A DNA stretch of 64,000 bases, taken from positions 85,500,001 through 85,564,000 of the forward strand of contig CM052817.1 in NCBI GenBank assembly GCA_028534125.1, written 5' to 3'. Positions 1 through 11,641 of the stretch are shown here, one piece after another. Positions within the stretch are counted from its first letter, which is position 1. The number at the start of each line of letters is the position of its first letter. Both the position numbers and the translations under genes were made by a program. The notes beneath the pieces are model-generated. The model ran no database searches and had not been told where the DNA came from. It was given only the letters and a program-made list of their open reading frames with translations. The DNA comes from Lama glama. Taxonomy: Eukaryota.

Positions 1-1547
1 AATTTATATCCATAGATATCTAAGGTTTAGGAAAGGGTTTTAGGTTAATAAAGAGAAGTAGTTCCAGACAATGGAAGAAGATTAGAAATTACTTAAATTA
101 GGCTATGCTTGTTTACCCTCATAAATCTTCTTGTAGGAAGTTAGTATCAAAACCCACTTTTTAACTTCTATGCGTATATAACTGAGATAAGGACAGATTT
201 GAGAGAGGATGATCGAAGGTAGAAAAAAGTACTTCTATTTCTTTCAGGGTTGCTAATTGCAGATCACAGAATTCCCTGTAGCTGGTTTAAGCATGACTGG
301 ATTTTATAGGATGGTACTCATCTTAAAATTTTCTCTAGGAGGCTAGGGATCAGGTTTCTGTGCTAACCAATCAGCAACCAATTGAGCCAGGAGAAACACT
401 AAACTGCACACAGAAACCGTTGCTAAAGGTGTTAAAGAGGCCACATGCTGGAGACCAGTCACCAGGACTGCCTCAGCAGTATGAAAAGCCTCTGACAGGA
501 TCTTCTCTCTGGGAGCCGATGCCTCTTCACATTCTTCACACTGCCCTGCTTTGTTGAAATTAATAAACATATCTACATACCAGCTCCAAGTAAATTTGGA
601 AACTTTAGTCTGTAGCTGTCTAGTGTTTAGATTATGAGCAGATATGCTTGAAGGGTTTGGAAGGATATGGAAAGAGCCAAACAGTTTTATCTTCCATAAC
701 TTGGCATTGTTTGACTCTGTTTATCAGGACTCCTGCATTATAGGAAATGAATCTAGTATGAAATACATTATGAAGAGCATTCCAAAAAACCTCTCGAGTT
801 AGGATTCTAAGATAAGTGACACAAATTAGAGGTTGCCCAAGCAGACCACAATAAGTTAGAATTTGTTAATTTCTCTGGATGGCTATAGGAAAGAGGGATG
901 TTATGGGCAGGGCGAATATAAAATTGATGTATTTAAATAATGGATGATTTTAGTGAGCTTAATATACAAAATGTCAAAGAGTAATTTTAAAGAAACAATT
1001 ATTTAGCTCCTAAATTCTAGAGGAAAAGGGTGACAGATCAGTAGGTCTCAAGGAGATTATGAAGGCAAAGCTCTCAGGATTTGTATTATTTCATTGGGAT
1101 CTTTAATTAGCATGAATTGGCAGACTCCGTCTGGATTGAAAGCCTGGGAAGATGGTAATTCAGGAGGATACAAGAGACACAGAGTTTGTAGATTCAGTTT
1201 ATATATAAACCAAACTTACTGTGGGAGAGGCAAATATTGATTGTGTTTGAGAGAGAAATCAACTGAACAGTTGCTGGAGATCACTCAAGGTAAGGCTTAT
1301 CATAAATTTGGCTAGCTTGTTAATTAGATGTCAGTAGGTAGTAAAATACATTAATGGCTTTAGCTTTACCTAAGCGTGTTCTAGAAAGGCTTACTTTGCA
1401 AACCTAATGTTCCTTGGAGTCTTCCTATTGTTTCTTGAACCTGGTGTAAAGTATAAATCTGAATTATTCCAGGAATAGCAGCCTACATGGATATGATACT
1501 GGAAGAGAACCTTTGTAAACCTATAGTTGTCTTAATTATACCAAATG

Positions 1548-2080
1548 ATTCATTCACTCAAAAAATAATTAATGACTACACTTTCTAGGCACTGTGGTAA
1601 AATAGCAAACAAAATGATGTCCCTGCTATCTTGGCAGAATAGAAATGGGAGACTGACAAACAAACATACATACATAATGTCAGATGACAATGTGTGCTAT
1701 AAAGAAAATTGAGACAGAGGGGTACATGGGGATTGGTATTTGATATAGGGTTTTCAGGACAAGCCTTGCTGCTATAGAATCAATGGGGTTGAGACCTGAA
1801 GGATGTGAGCTAATAAGATACCTGAATGTCTAAGGGAATAGAATTTTCTGTAAAAGAGAAATAAAGGCAAAAAACCTGAAACAAAAGCGAGCTTCTCATG
1901 GACTGGTATAAACAAGGATGCTTATGTGGCTACAGTATAGAAGAAGAGAGAAGAAATAAAGTAGAAAACTAGCAGAAGGCCAGATTAAGATCTCTGAGAT
2001 CATAGTAAAGGCCTTAAATTTTCTGAGTGTAATGGGAAGATTTGAGCTGAGAATTGAATATGATAGGCCATTTACAAAAT
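1548..2080 (-). mobile_element. LINE-2 (L2) 3' fragment, old
   Basis: Starts ATTCATTCACTCAAAAAATAATTAATGACTAC..CTAGGCACTGTG, the reverse complement of an L2 3' tail, followed by typical L2 body (gagacctgaaggatg, aggccagat..gtaaaggccttaaattt..gagtgtaatgggaag). Confidence 0.75.
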
Positions 2081-3811
2081 ATTTCACTCTTCAAATAAAC
2101 AGATTCTTCAAATATGATATTCTTATTGAAGGGCAAACGAAGATACATTTCTTTAGAATATTTTATCCATACATGTTTGACATGTAACATGTATATAAAA
2201 ATTGTAATATTTTAAGATTTATTTTATAATAATGAATGAATTAAATATGTCTCTTATGGTAGAAAGTATTATTTTGCTTTTGTTTTAAAACCGTGATAAC
2301 ATATTAAGTTAAATATAAAAAGTGTTTGATAGGCTTGCTACTATGGAGAAAGAAGACTTTCCATGAAGCTTAAATTTAACCAATGTTACTATATATTATA
2401 TTAATTTAATGGCATTTAATAGTGTGAAAAATTGTGGCAAATATTGGCCATATGGTAAAAATAAATACAATATGCTCTTTCAAGTACACAAATTGCAGTG
2501 AAGAGTAGGAATGGAGGGCAATGTAACAACAAAACATATATGGTGTTTATTAGGATGGGATGGGACCAGACTGCTTTCTATTGAAAATGCATTGTCTGTG
2601 AGAATACAATTCTGAAGCAGGTTTTAGTATTTGCAACTGGAATCCACTAACTGTATTTTGGCATCCTTTTGCAACTATGCAAATTTTTCTTTTTCAATAA
2701 TTGGTTTCTCATCAAATTGGAATATGATCTGCCTCATTGACACACTCTGCCATTTATAATAGGCTATCACTAGTTTACTGTGTGCCAAAGAACTTGTTTT
2801 TAAGCAGACATTTGCTGAAGGCTAACATATGTGCAGAAACGTGCAAAAATCTTAAGTTTAAAGATTTAATACAATTTTTGTAAAATGAACCCAATGTAAC
2901 TGCCACCCACATGACAGTAGAGAATTAGTGGTACTTAGGGACATGACCTGGACTTTTGAATTTGAAGTGTAGTACATCAAAGCAGGGACTCTGATAGTCA
3001 TCACAGAACTTGAAAGGATAGCAGTGGTCCCAGTACTTAACTACCTGTCTAAAACTACATTTTAGAGAACAAAGCACATAATACTGCTAAGGTGCAGGCA
3101 AATGGAGGTAAAGTGTCCAAAGTCTTTGGAATTTCATAGAAGTGGTGAAAGTACTTTTAATAAAAATTATAATAAACCAATGTTGTTATATCTAAAAGAA
3201 CAAATTTTTGAAAAGTATAAAATAAGTCCTTCTGTTTTCTTCATAAGGTGGTACTTTTGTTTATAACTCTCCTACTTTAGTAAAGTACTCGTGAGACTCA
3301 CTCATTCCTCCACACAAGCGATACAGTAACTTTTCAGGAGAGGGTGGGAGTTTATCATACATGTTATTCTTGACTTGAGGCTTCAGAAAGCAGCCTAATG
3401 AGCCATCAGCTCCTTAGAGTAGGTTGTGAGTTCTGAAAGATAAAGACGTTTTGCTAGTATAGAATAATCTAACATATTTTCGGTGGAAAACAGGTATCTG
3501 TTGGAGACAGGAGGCTTAAGTATTATATAGATTAAGGTTAAAAATGAATTAACTTCTGCTTGCCGCCTCCAAATCAAGCAAGGAGAAAAATGTATGGAGT
3601 AACTATAGAAACTTGCCATATAATAAAATATAAGCACAGTGAGTTTCATGGTTCTTTCTAAAAGAGAAACCCGGCAGTGTCCTCCAAGAGATGGTCAAGG
3701 CTAAGTAACCGTGCCTCACTTTCCTATTTTCTTGGTACATTCATTGCCTTGACATTTCTACATCAGTTACCCTGATTCATCTTTCTGTCCTTTGTCTTCT
3801 TTACTCATACT

Positions 3812-4020
3812 TAACACTTAATATGTATCAAACTCTGTTCAGAGTAATTTTCATTTATTCTCACAATATCCAATGAGGTAGATATCTATATAGTGAAATA
3901 CTCAATATAACAAAACTGAAGCACAGAGTGTGGAAATAACCTACTCAAGGTAACATAGCTAGGTTGATGGGATGCGATTCAAATAATCCAGTTGGTCACA
4001 AAAGCCCATATGCTTAACTG
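3812..4020 (-). mobile_element. MIR SINE
   Basis: Reverse MIR core: TTCATTTATTCTCACAATATCCAATGAGGTAG...AAACTGAAGCACAGAG...CTCAAGGTAACATAGCTAG...GATTCAAAT. Confidence 0.8.
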
Positions 4021-4022
4021 CC

Positions 4023-4522
4023 NNNNNNNNNNNNNNNNNNNNNNNNNNNNNNNNNNNNNNNNNNNNNNNNNNNNNNNNNNNNNNNNNNNNNNNNNNNNNN
4101 NNNNNNNNNNNNNNNNNNNNNNNNNNNNNNNNNNNNNNNNNNNNNNNNNNNNNNNNNNNNNNNNNNNNNNNNNNNNNNNNNNNNNNNNNNNNNNNNNNNN
4201 NNNNNNNNNNNNNNNNNNNNNNNNNNNNNNNNNNNNNNNNNNNNNNNNNNNNNNNNNNNNNNNNNNNNNNNNNNNNNNNNNNNNNNNNNNNNNNNNNNNN
4301 NNNNNNNNNNNNNNNNNNNNNNNNNNNNNNNNNNNNNNNNNNNNNNNNNNNNNNNNNNNNNNNNNNNNNNNNNNNNNNNNNNNNNNNNNNNNNNNNNNNN
4401 NNNNNNNNNNNNNNNNNNNNNNNNNNNNNNNNNNNNNNNNNNNNNNNNNNNNNNNNNNNNNNNNNNNNNNNNNNNNNNNNNNNNNNNNNNNNNNNNNNNN
4501 NNNNNNNNNNNNNNNNNNNNNN
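4023..4522. other. Assembly gap (500 N)
   Basis: Run of N. Confidence 1.
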
Positions 4523-5611
4523 TAATAAACTCTGTGTGTGTGTATATGCTGTGTGTGTATACATATTTGCATATACATACACACACAGACCCTGGCCTCA
4601 TTAATCTTATAGTCAAAAGGGAAAACTTCTTAAGTGGAAAGAAGGAATACAAATTACTATATAGCTACTATCTTCCAAGGGGGAAATGCAAAATAATACT
4701 GCAACTCACAGAAAGAGATCCTAAAGGGGAGTGTCACTGTGTGGGCATTTAACTTACGAGTTGGATTCAAACGTAAAATATTTTAATTCACAAAAGAACA
4801 AACATGCTCATTAATTTGCATGAAGTTTAAAAACACTTAATACTAAAGTGGAATGAAATATACACTGCAGGCAAGTACCAATACATTAGAACTTTCTATC
4901 TCACCTGTTGACCATTAAATATTTTATAATATTAAGACAGATTATTTAAAATGTTCAATTACCTATTTATATATTTGCTTTTACTTAAACAGTTCCAATC
5001 AGTTCAGTGTAGCTGAGTAGTTTCCAAAATTGAATATGCATATAAATTACTATATGAAGTTGTATTATACAAAGTTATGTTAGCCAGTGATGGTATGAAA
5101 TTAAGAAAGTTTCAAAAAAAAATTACTCTGTTAGTTTTAACTTATTCTTTCACTTGAGAACCTAAGTAAGAAGGGATTTTATAGTGCTATGGAAGGAAAC
5201 TATAGTTCAGCTAATACCTAAAAAACTGAGAAGTAGTTGGCTAGCTGACAACACACATGAAAGCCTAGAGGAAATGGAGAGGTTGACTTTGTGGGGAAAT
5301 TTAGAAAATAATATGTGTGCAATTTGAATATGTGTGGGAAGTTTAGGGCGGGGATAGAAATAAGGCTGAAGAGATGTATGTAGCAAAGGATTTGCAATCT
5401 ACACTAAGAAGTTTTGTTTGAAGAAAATGGGAAATCATTGGAAAGTTTTAAACAATGAAATGGCTTCTTCATAATTTGAGTTTACATTTCTCAAAAAAAC
5501 AGACATAATCTTTGAGCTAATGAAGTTAATGGTCTAGTGGACTCCAATAAGCAAGATCACAGTTCCATTTCAAAAGGATCATTTTGAATGAGTTACAGGG
5601 TATACAAGTGT

Positions 5612-5962
5612 ACAGTGGATTTTTCCAGAGGCTACATAAAATATGATTTTGCAATAAACTGAACATCAAAGTAGACATGAGAATCCAGCTGATGCTAATA
5701 ATCCAGAAATTAAATTGATTTGCAAAAAAATGTAAAACACTGCAATTTCTAGCATTTTTGTTTTATAAACTAGTTATTTTTCATAAAAATGTAATTTAAT
5801 ATATGTTTAATATCAATTAGCTAAGAAATATTTTTAAAATTCTAATATCTAATGTAGTAATTATAAATAGATATAAACATAACAAGAATAAACAAAGGTA
5901 TTTTGGTGTCCTCAATAATTGAGTTTCAAGAGGTCCTAAAACCAAAACTTTTGAGATCCAGT
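5612..5962 (+). mobile_element. hAT-Charlie DNA transposon end (Charlie1-like)
   Basis: CAGTGGATTTTTCCAGAGGCTACA...GAGAATCCAGCTG...GTCCTCAATAATT...GGTCCTAAAACCAAAACTTTTGAGATCCA matches the recalled Charlie1 3' terminus. Confidence 0.8.
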
Positions 5963-6954
5963 CTTCTATTGCATCGATAATTTAAGTTAAAACTTTTTAA
6001 AAAATCTGTATGTACCTTGGTCTTTTTTTTTTTTTTTTGGTAGCCTATGCAATAGACAATACCTAATTAGCAATAGGGAAATATTTTTATTTATATGAGA
6101 TTCTCTAAAACACAGAAAAATTTTAAGCAAATTTTCTTTTTATGTTAGATATCTATATATCTATCTATGCTATCTATATAACTTACACATTTATGCTGAG
6201 CCAAAAATAAAACTTTTTGAATTTTAAAAAATGTTTAATGCATTGATAACTTTATAGAACATCTGTTGTCTTCCTGTCTTATGCAATTATTTATTCCTAT
6301 GGAAGAAACTGCTTTAGATCCAGAAAATCTTACCTTCAGATAAAGATATTCTAACAGTTAAAATTATTGACATAATAACCCTACCCACTATAGAATACAT
6401 ATATTAGAGCTCTCTATATATAGGAAAATTCATATTTTAAAGAATGTTCAAGTCAAATGAAAGTGTTCAAGTCAAATGAGAGAAGTAAAAATTTTAAAGA
6501 AAAAAAATTGGAAGGGAAGAAACAGATTCATTAATGTGAATATGCATCAGTAGAGTGGTTTTGTACCAGGTTACCTTTCTCACTCCTTTTTCTTGTCTCT
6601 ACCATTTCCTCACCTAGTAATTTATCAGTAATTACGGTTTGGAAAATTGGGACAGAATCTGAAAAAGTCTTAAGATTTAAAGTTACATAATATTCTCTTT
6701 CAACTTGAAGTTGGAGAGAAAACTTTAAATCCAGTCTGTCTATCAGAAGATCTGATTCCAGGATAAGTGCACTATTTGAGGAAGGGCTTGTATGGGCAAT
6801 ACAGAGAGCTTGGGAGGCAACCTGAATTCAGAAATTCAAGGCAAAGAATTGATATTGTTTCCATCACTCACAGCCAATTACCAATTGTTTCCTGAGTATT
6901 TTAGATTATGAAGAGCATTCCCCAAATCCTAACATTTCCTATAGTTTGAGACAC

Positions 6955-7182
6955 ACAAGGTATAGTGGGAAATTTTGGGACTTTTATTCAAAGTAGCTGG
7001 ACAACTAATTAAAATTCTGTCACTTAGTCAATGGGTGAATGTAGGTAAATTATCTACATATGTTAGACTGATTTCTCATCATGACAATGAGTACAGAATT
7101 ACTTTTCAGAGAGTTGGTGGGTTTTAATAACATATATGAATATGCTAAAACAGTCCAAATCATACAGTAGGTATGCAATAAT
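6955..7182 (+). mobile_element. MIR SINE, near full length and diverged
   Basis: GTATAGTGGGAA..TCTGTCACTTA..ATTTCTCATC..AGAGTTG..TATGCTAAAACAGT..CAGTAGGTATGCAATAA follows MIR consensus order. Confidence 0.65.
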
Positions 7183-10100
7183 TTTTTTTCTGTATTTATA
7201 ATATAACAGTATTATATTAAATGCCTAAGAGCATAAGATTTCTTAAATAATTTGGAAATACTGTTTTTAATTCAAATTATAAATTCACTATATATTAAAA
7301 TTTGGTGCTAGTCTTATTAAGAGTATTAAAAAAAATTCGTCACTCATTTTCTTTGGTCTGTCAGTTTGTGGAGTGATACAAGTTCTTAATCTAAGAAGTT
7401 TTAATATCTGGTGAAAATATAATAAATATTAAAAAAATATGCTTTTCTTTGTACATGAAAAGACATTTCATGATCTAGTTTTGCTGGAAATAAGATTTAT
7501 TTTATTAAAAATATCACTTTATGAACAATGATTATTTACCTAAACTTTCTTCAAATGTTCTTTAATATATTTTATACATTATATCTAGCCTTTTAAATAA
7601 TAATTTGATGAATTTTCTTAGTTCACTATTTTTCTGCTGCCTTGAAATTCTTAAGATAAGTAAATGATTCATTTAATTTTCATAATTAAGTACTGCAAGT
7701 TCCTTTTCCTTTAATGTATTTAGCAATCTTTATCTTGAGCTATTTCTTTATTCAAGTTTTGAATTTATAGTCATACTTACAGATTTCTTGTTAAAAGTGC
7801 ATTAGCTAAAACTATGATCCTAAATTGGTTTATGTCTTGTATAATTTGGCTTTGTCCTAATGCAAGGGAAAACTGATTGCTTTATAACTTTGTCTATTTA
7901 ACTCTTAAAGACATAGCACAATTGTGTAACATACCAAAGGATCTAGAAGAAGAGGAAGATAAAAAAGTACACAAAAGTAATTGTGAAGTTGTTATTTTAC
8001 ATTTTCTTGTTTCATTTTGTAATTTAATAATACATGCCGGTATGTGTATGTATGTATGTATGTGCGTGCGTGCGCACACACACATACACACACAAAATTT
8101 AGATCTGTATTGCCTTAACAGACACATCTCCAGAAGTTCGAGATGGCATTTGAGGCATTAGCTCAAGCCAGAGAATAAAAGTAGAATATGTTTCTTGAGG
8201 TTTGGTTTACCTCAGAGCTTTTGTGGAATATATCTTATTATTTAAAATACTATAGATATATTATGGTGTTTGTGGAAGGTCTCTTGAATCTTTAAGCTAA
8301 ACCCAAACATTAAGAAAAAGCACTTCACTTTCACAGCGCTCCTTTGGACTAAGGCCTAATATTCCTTTGATATTAGGAACACATCAATAGAAGTATGAGA
8401 AACATCATCTTTAAAATATTATTATGATTTTATGTTTCTCATTATAAGTAGTCAATAATTTCATTAATTCTACGCAGAGAATGTGCTGATGAAAAAGGTT
8501 TGCTTTACTTAGTTTACAGGATAATACAGTCACTCAGGCTGGCAGACACGAGCCCCCATGACATAGCTCTACAATAATTCTCTGGCCTTAATTTCTATGC
8601 TGCCACTAAATCTATCTCAGTCTTCAATGAAATATGAGTCTTGAATGTGCCTGTATATTCATAGATAATTAAAAACCTGGAATGCAAATAACGTGTTTTA
8701 TGTTTATTTTAAAAATCCAAAAAAAAGGGATAAAGGCATGTTCCCAATGACATCAGTCAAGTTGGTGGTCAAGCCAGATCTAGAATCCAGGTCGTCTATC
8801 ATTCAGTTTCTTACTCTGTCCCATGTCTCTCCACTCATTAAAAAGCCCCTGTTCTTAATCTTGGATGTCTTTCCCCTTTTCTGACTCCTTATGATTTTAC
8901 CCATATTTCGAGATAATTATCTTGAAACCTTTTTTTTAAACAAGTAGATTCTAGTAGGTTCTGCTGATTATTGTAATAAATCTAATGTTTCTCATTATGC
9001 AAAGGGAAGAGCTACCTTAAATTTCAGCTCTTCAAAGTATTGCTCACTTGTAAAATTAGATGAATGCATTTCTAATTATGAATACTTTTCTAATTTATTA
9101 ATATTTTGATTATAATCACCTAAATGTTCTCACAGTGAGAATGAATACAGGTTAGGCAAATTGATCATTTGGGAGAAAATTCCTTTTCAATCACTCTGAT
9201 TTCACATGAATTCCATAAGCTTTTCAAAACTGAAGAGTGTTTGAAAAGTTAGCACAGCTTTTAATTATTGTATGTATTCCCAATTATTTGTCCTTTTACC
9301 CTTTCCTGAGGAAACAGAAGCCTTTTCAAATAACAATGTAATGGAGATGAGACAAATCCTACATTTCTTAATAGGTGCTTTTCACTTAGATGAATCATAA
9401 TCTCAAATTACTTCTAACAAGCTGTCCTGATAAAGATACACCCAATTTAAGTATAGAAAGTGGCACTAAAAGAAGCACAGAATGATTGAAATTGTTTGAG
9501 ACTGCAAATCAAGTAGTTTTACGTTTATTGTCAAGTACGGTTTCTTTATTTAAATCAAAGAAATTTCTGGGTTACTTTAATTGGTAGACTATGTTCATTA
9601 TTAAAAGTTTCTTTTCCAAGGGAATTACATAATATGATTGAAAAATGACTAATAGTGAATGTGCAAATTTTTAATTAGGTGGCTTCTCATCCCTAAGACT
9701 CCACAGAGGGAAATTTAGGTAAAAGAATTTTAATTAAGAAAACAGTGCTTTTCTTAGAGGCCCATTATTTATTCCTCCTCCACTATCTTTCTGTGTCTCC
9801 TTTTCACCCCTTCAGTTAATTAGAGGTACTTCAAATTTAATTGCCATTTCAGAAATTGTACAGTTCATCACTTGGCAATATTTTGGTGTACACCCTAACC
9901 TTCCTGTACTTATTATCATTGATAAGCTCTTTGACCATTCTGTGTGCTTCTTTCCATATGCTGTTTTGATGGCAGTATCATTTGACCTCTTGAGGGGCCT
10001 TTTGCCCAGCTGAGTAAAAATTTACAACTATCTGGCGAGCCTCAATCCCTCACAGGGAATTAGCCTTGTTCTGTGTCTGGGTTGGCATGCCTTGACATGT

Positions 10101-11131
10101 CTATAATATTAATTGTGAAATGAAGGGAATTTTAAAATTCTGCTTTACATCAGATATCCAAATCACTATCCTTGTGACAGAGAAGTCATGTTCTGTTGTC
10201 CTTTGTTGTTAAATTTGCATAAATAATTCAGATTTATTTTGCACTCAATGGGATGCAGACTCAGGATGTTTACAAATACTACGAAGTTGAAACAGTGGTT
10301 GAATTTTGCTTCTTGATAATTCTTTCCTTTATTTGTTAGGCTTAAGTTGCCTGCACTTTTTGGGAAAAATCTCTGGAATGAGATGATATTGACAGCATCA
10401 AGTTCCAAATCACATCTACCCCAATACCCGTAAGGTAGTGACAGTGTGCAGCCACTTGAGATATTAGAGAATCTGACGTTCCCTCTTGCACAGAATCACT
10501 GAGGTCCTGAATATTTCAATGGAATGTGGATATTGTTCATATGTTACCATATGCACTATAGTGAATAATTTCAGCAATTGCCTTTTTAAAAATAAGACTT
10601 CTTTCAAGTGATTTATAAGAGGATTTATATATGAGGAACAAATAACCTATTTACTTTCATTGTTCTGATTTATTTTTCCATTGTTTGAGAAACTTAAGAC
10701 ACTAATAGAAGAGAGGAAAAATAATTTCAGGGTGTAGAGTTTTTTCAAAACTTTAGGAATGTATTAGACATATAAAATAATAGAATGTTGAGCTGTAAAA
10801 GACCACTTAACACAATGTGAGGAATCTTATAGACCTTCAGAAGGTATTTTTGAAGTGATTCCATAATAGAGTAAGCCTTCTGTTATTAAATTTTATTCCA
10901 AAGTTGTGTGTGTAAACTTATTCTCTAAAATAATTTATTCTGAAAATATTGAGAGACATATCCACATGAGATCACTGTTGTATCATGTATGTTATATTAC
11001 AAAGTTTTTCTCTGTGTATAGTTGTTATATAAGGATGTGCACTGACAATATATTATGAATTTGAAATAGCTACTGTTAATAGGTTAAGTGCTCTTCTGGA
11101 AAAAATTGACAGCATTTAAGAGCAGATAGGT

Positions 11132-11641
11132 TCCACATATGAGCAATCTCATATGGTATTTTTCTTTATCTTTCTGGCTTANNNNNNNNNNNNNNNNNNN
11201 NNNNNNNNNNNNNNNNNNNNNNNNNNNNNNNNNNNNNNNNNNNNNNNNNNNNNNNNNNNNNNNNNNNNNNNNNNNNNNNNNTAAGTCTACTCCTAGTCTA
11301 AAAAAAAAGAAAAAAAAAAAAAGAACATAAATACAAAACAGAAACAGACTCATAGACATAGAATACAAACTTGTGGTTGCCAAGGGGGTTGGGGGTGGAA
11401 AGGGACAGAATGGGATTTCAAAATTTGTAGATACTGACAGGCATATGTAGAATAGATAAACAAGATTATACTGTATAGCACAGGGAAATAGATACAAGAT
11501 CTTGTGGTAGCTCACAGCGAAAAAAGAATGTGACAATGAATATATGTATGTTCATGTATAATTGAAAAATTGTGCTCTACACTGGAATTTGACACAACAT
11601 TGTAAAATGACTATAACTCAATAAAAAAGTATAAAAAAAAA
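11132..11641 (+). mobile_element. Young camelid-type L1 3' end with 5' inversion (twin priming)
   Basis: 11132-11299 is antisense L1 3' sequence (spanning a gap). 11300-11641 is sense L1 3' UTR with AATAAA and an A tail. TSD TAAGA(G/A)CAG(A/G)TAGGT at 11117-11131 and 11642-11656. Confidence 0.85.
11182..11281. other. Assembly gap (100 N)
   Basis: Run of N. Confidence 1.

Noticed and set aside
3959..4652. Long ORFs of 177-212 aa
   Set aside because: Artefacts of reading through the 500-N gap.
6574..6613. Minus-strand 39-nt exon-like segment (GEEMVETRKRSEK)
   Set aside because: The acceptor lacks a polypyrimidine tract and there are no linked exons.
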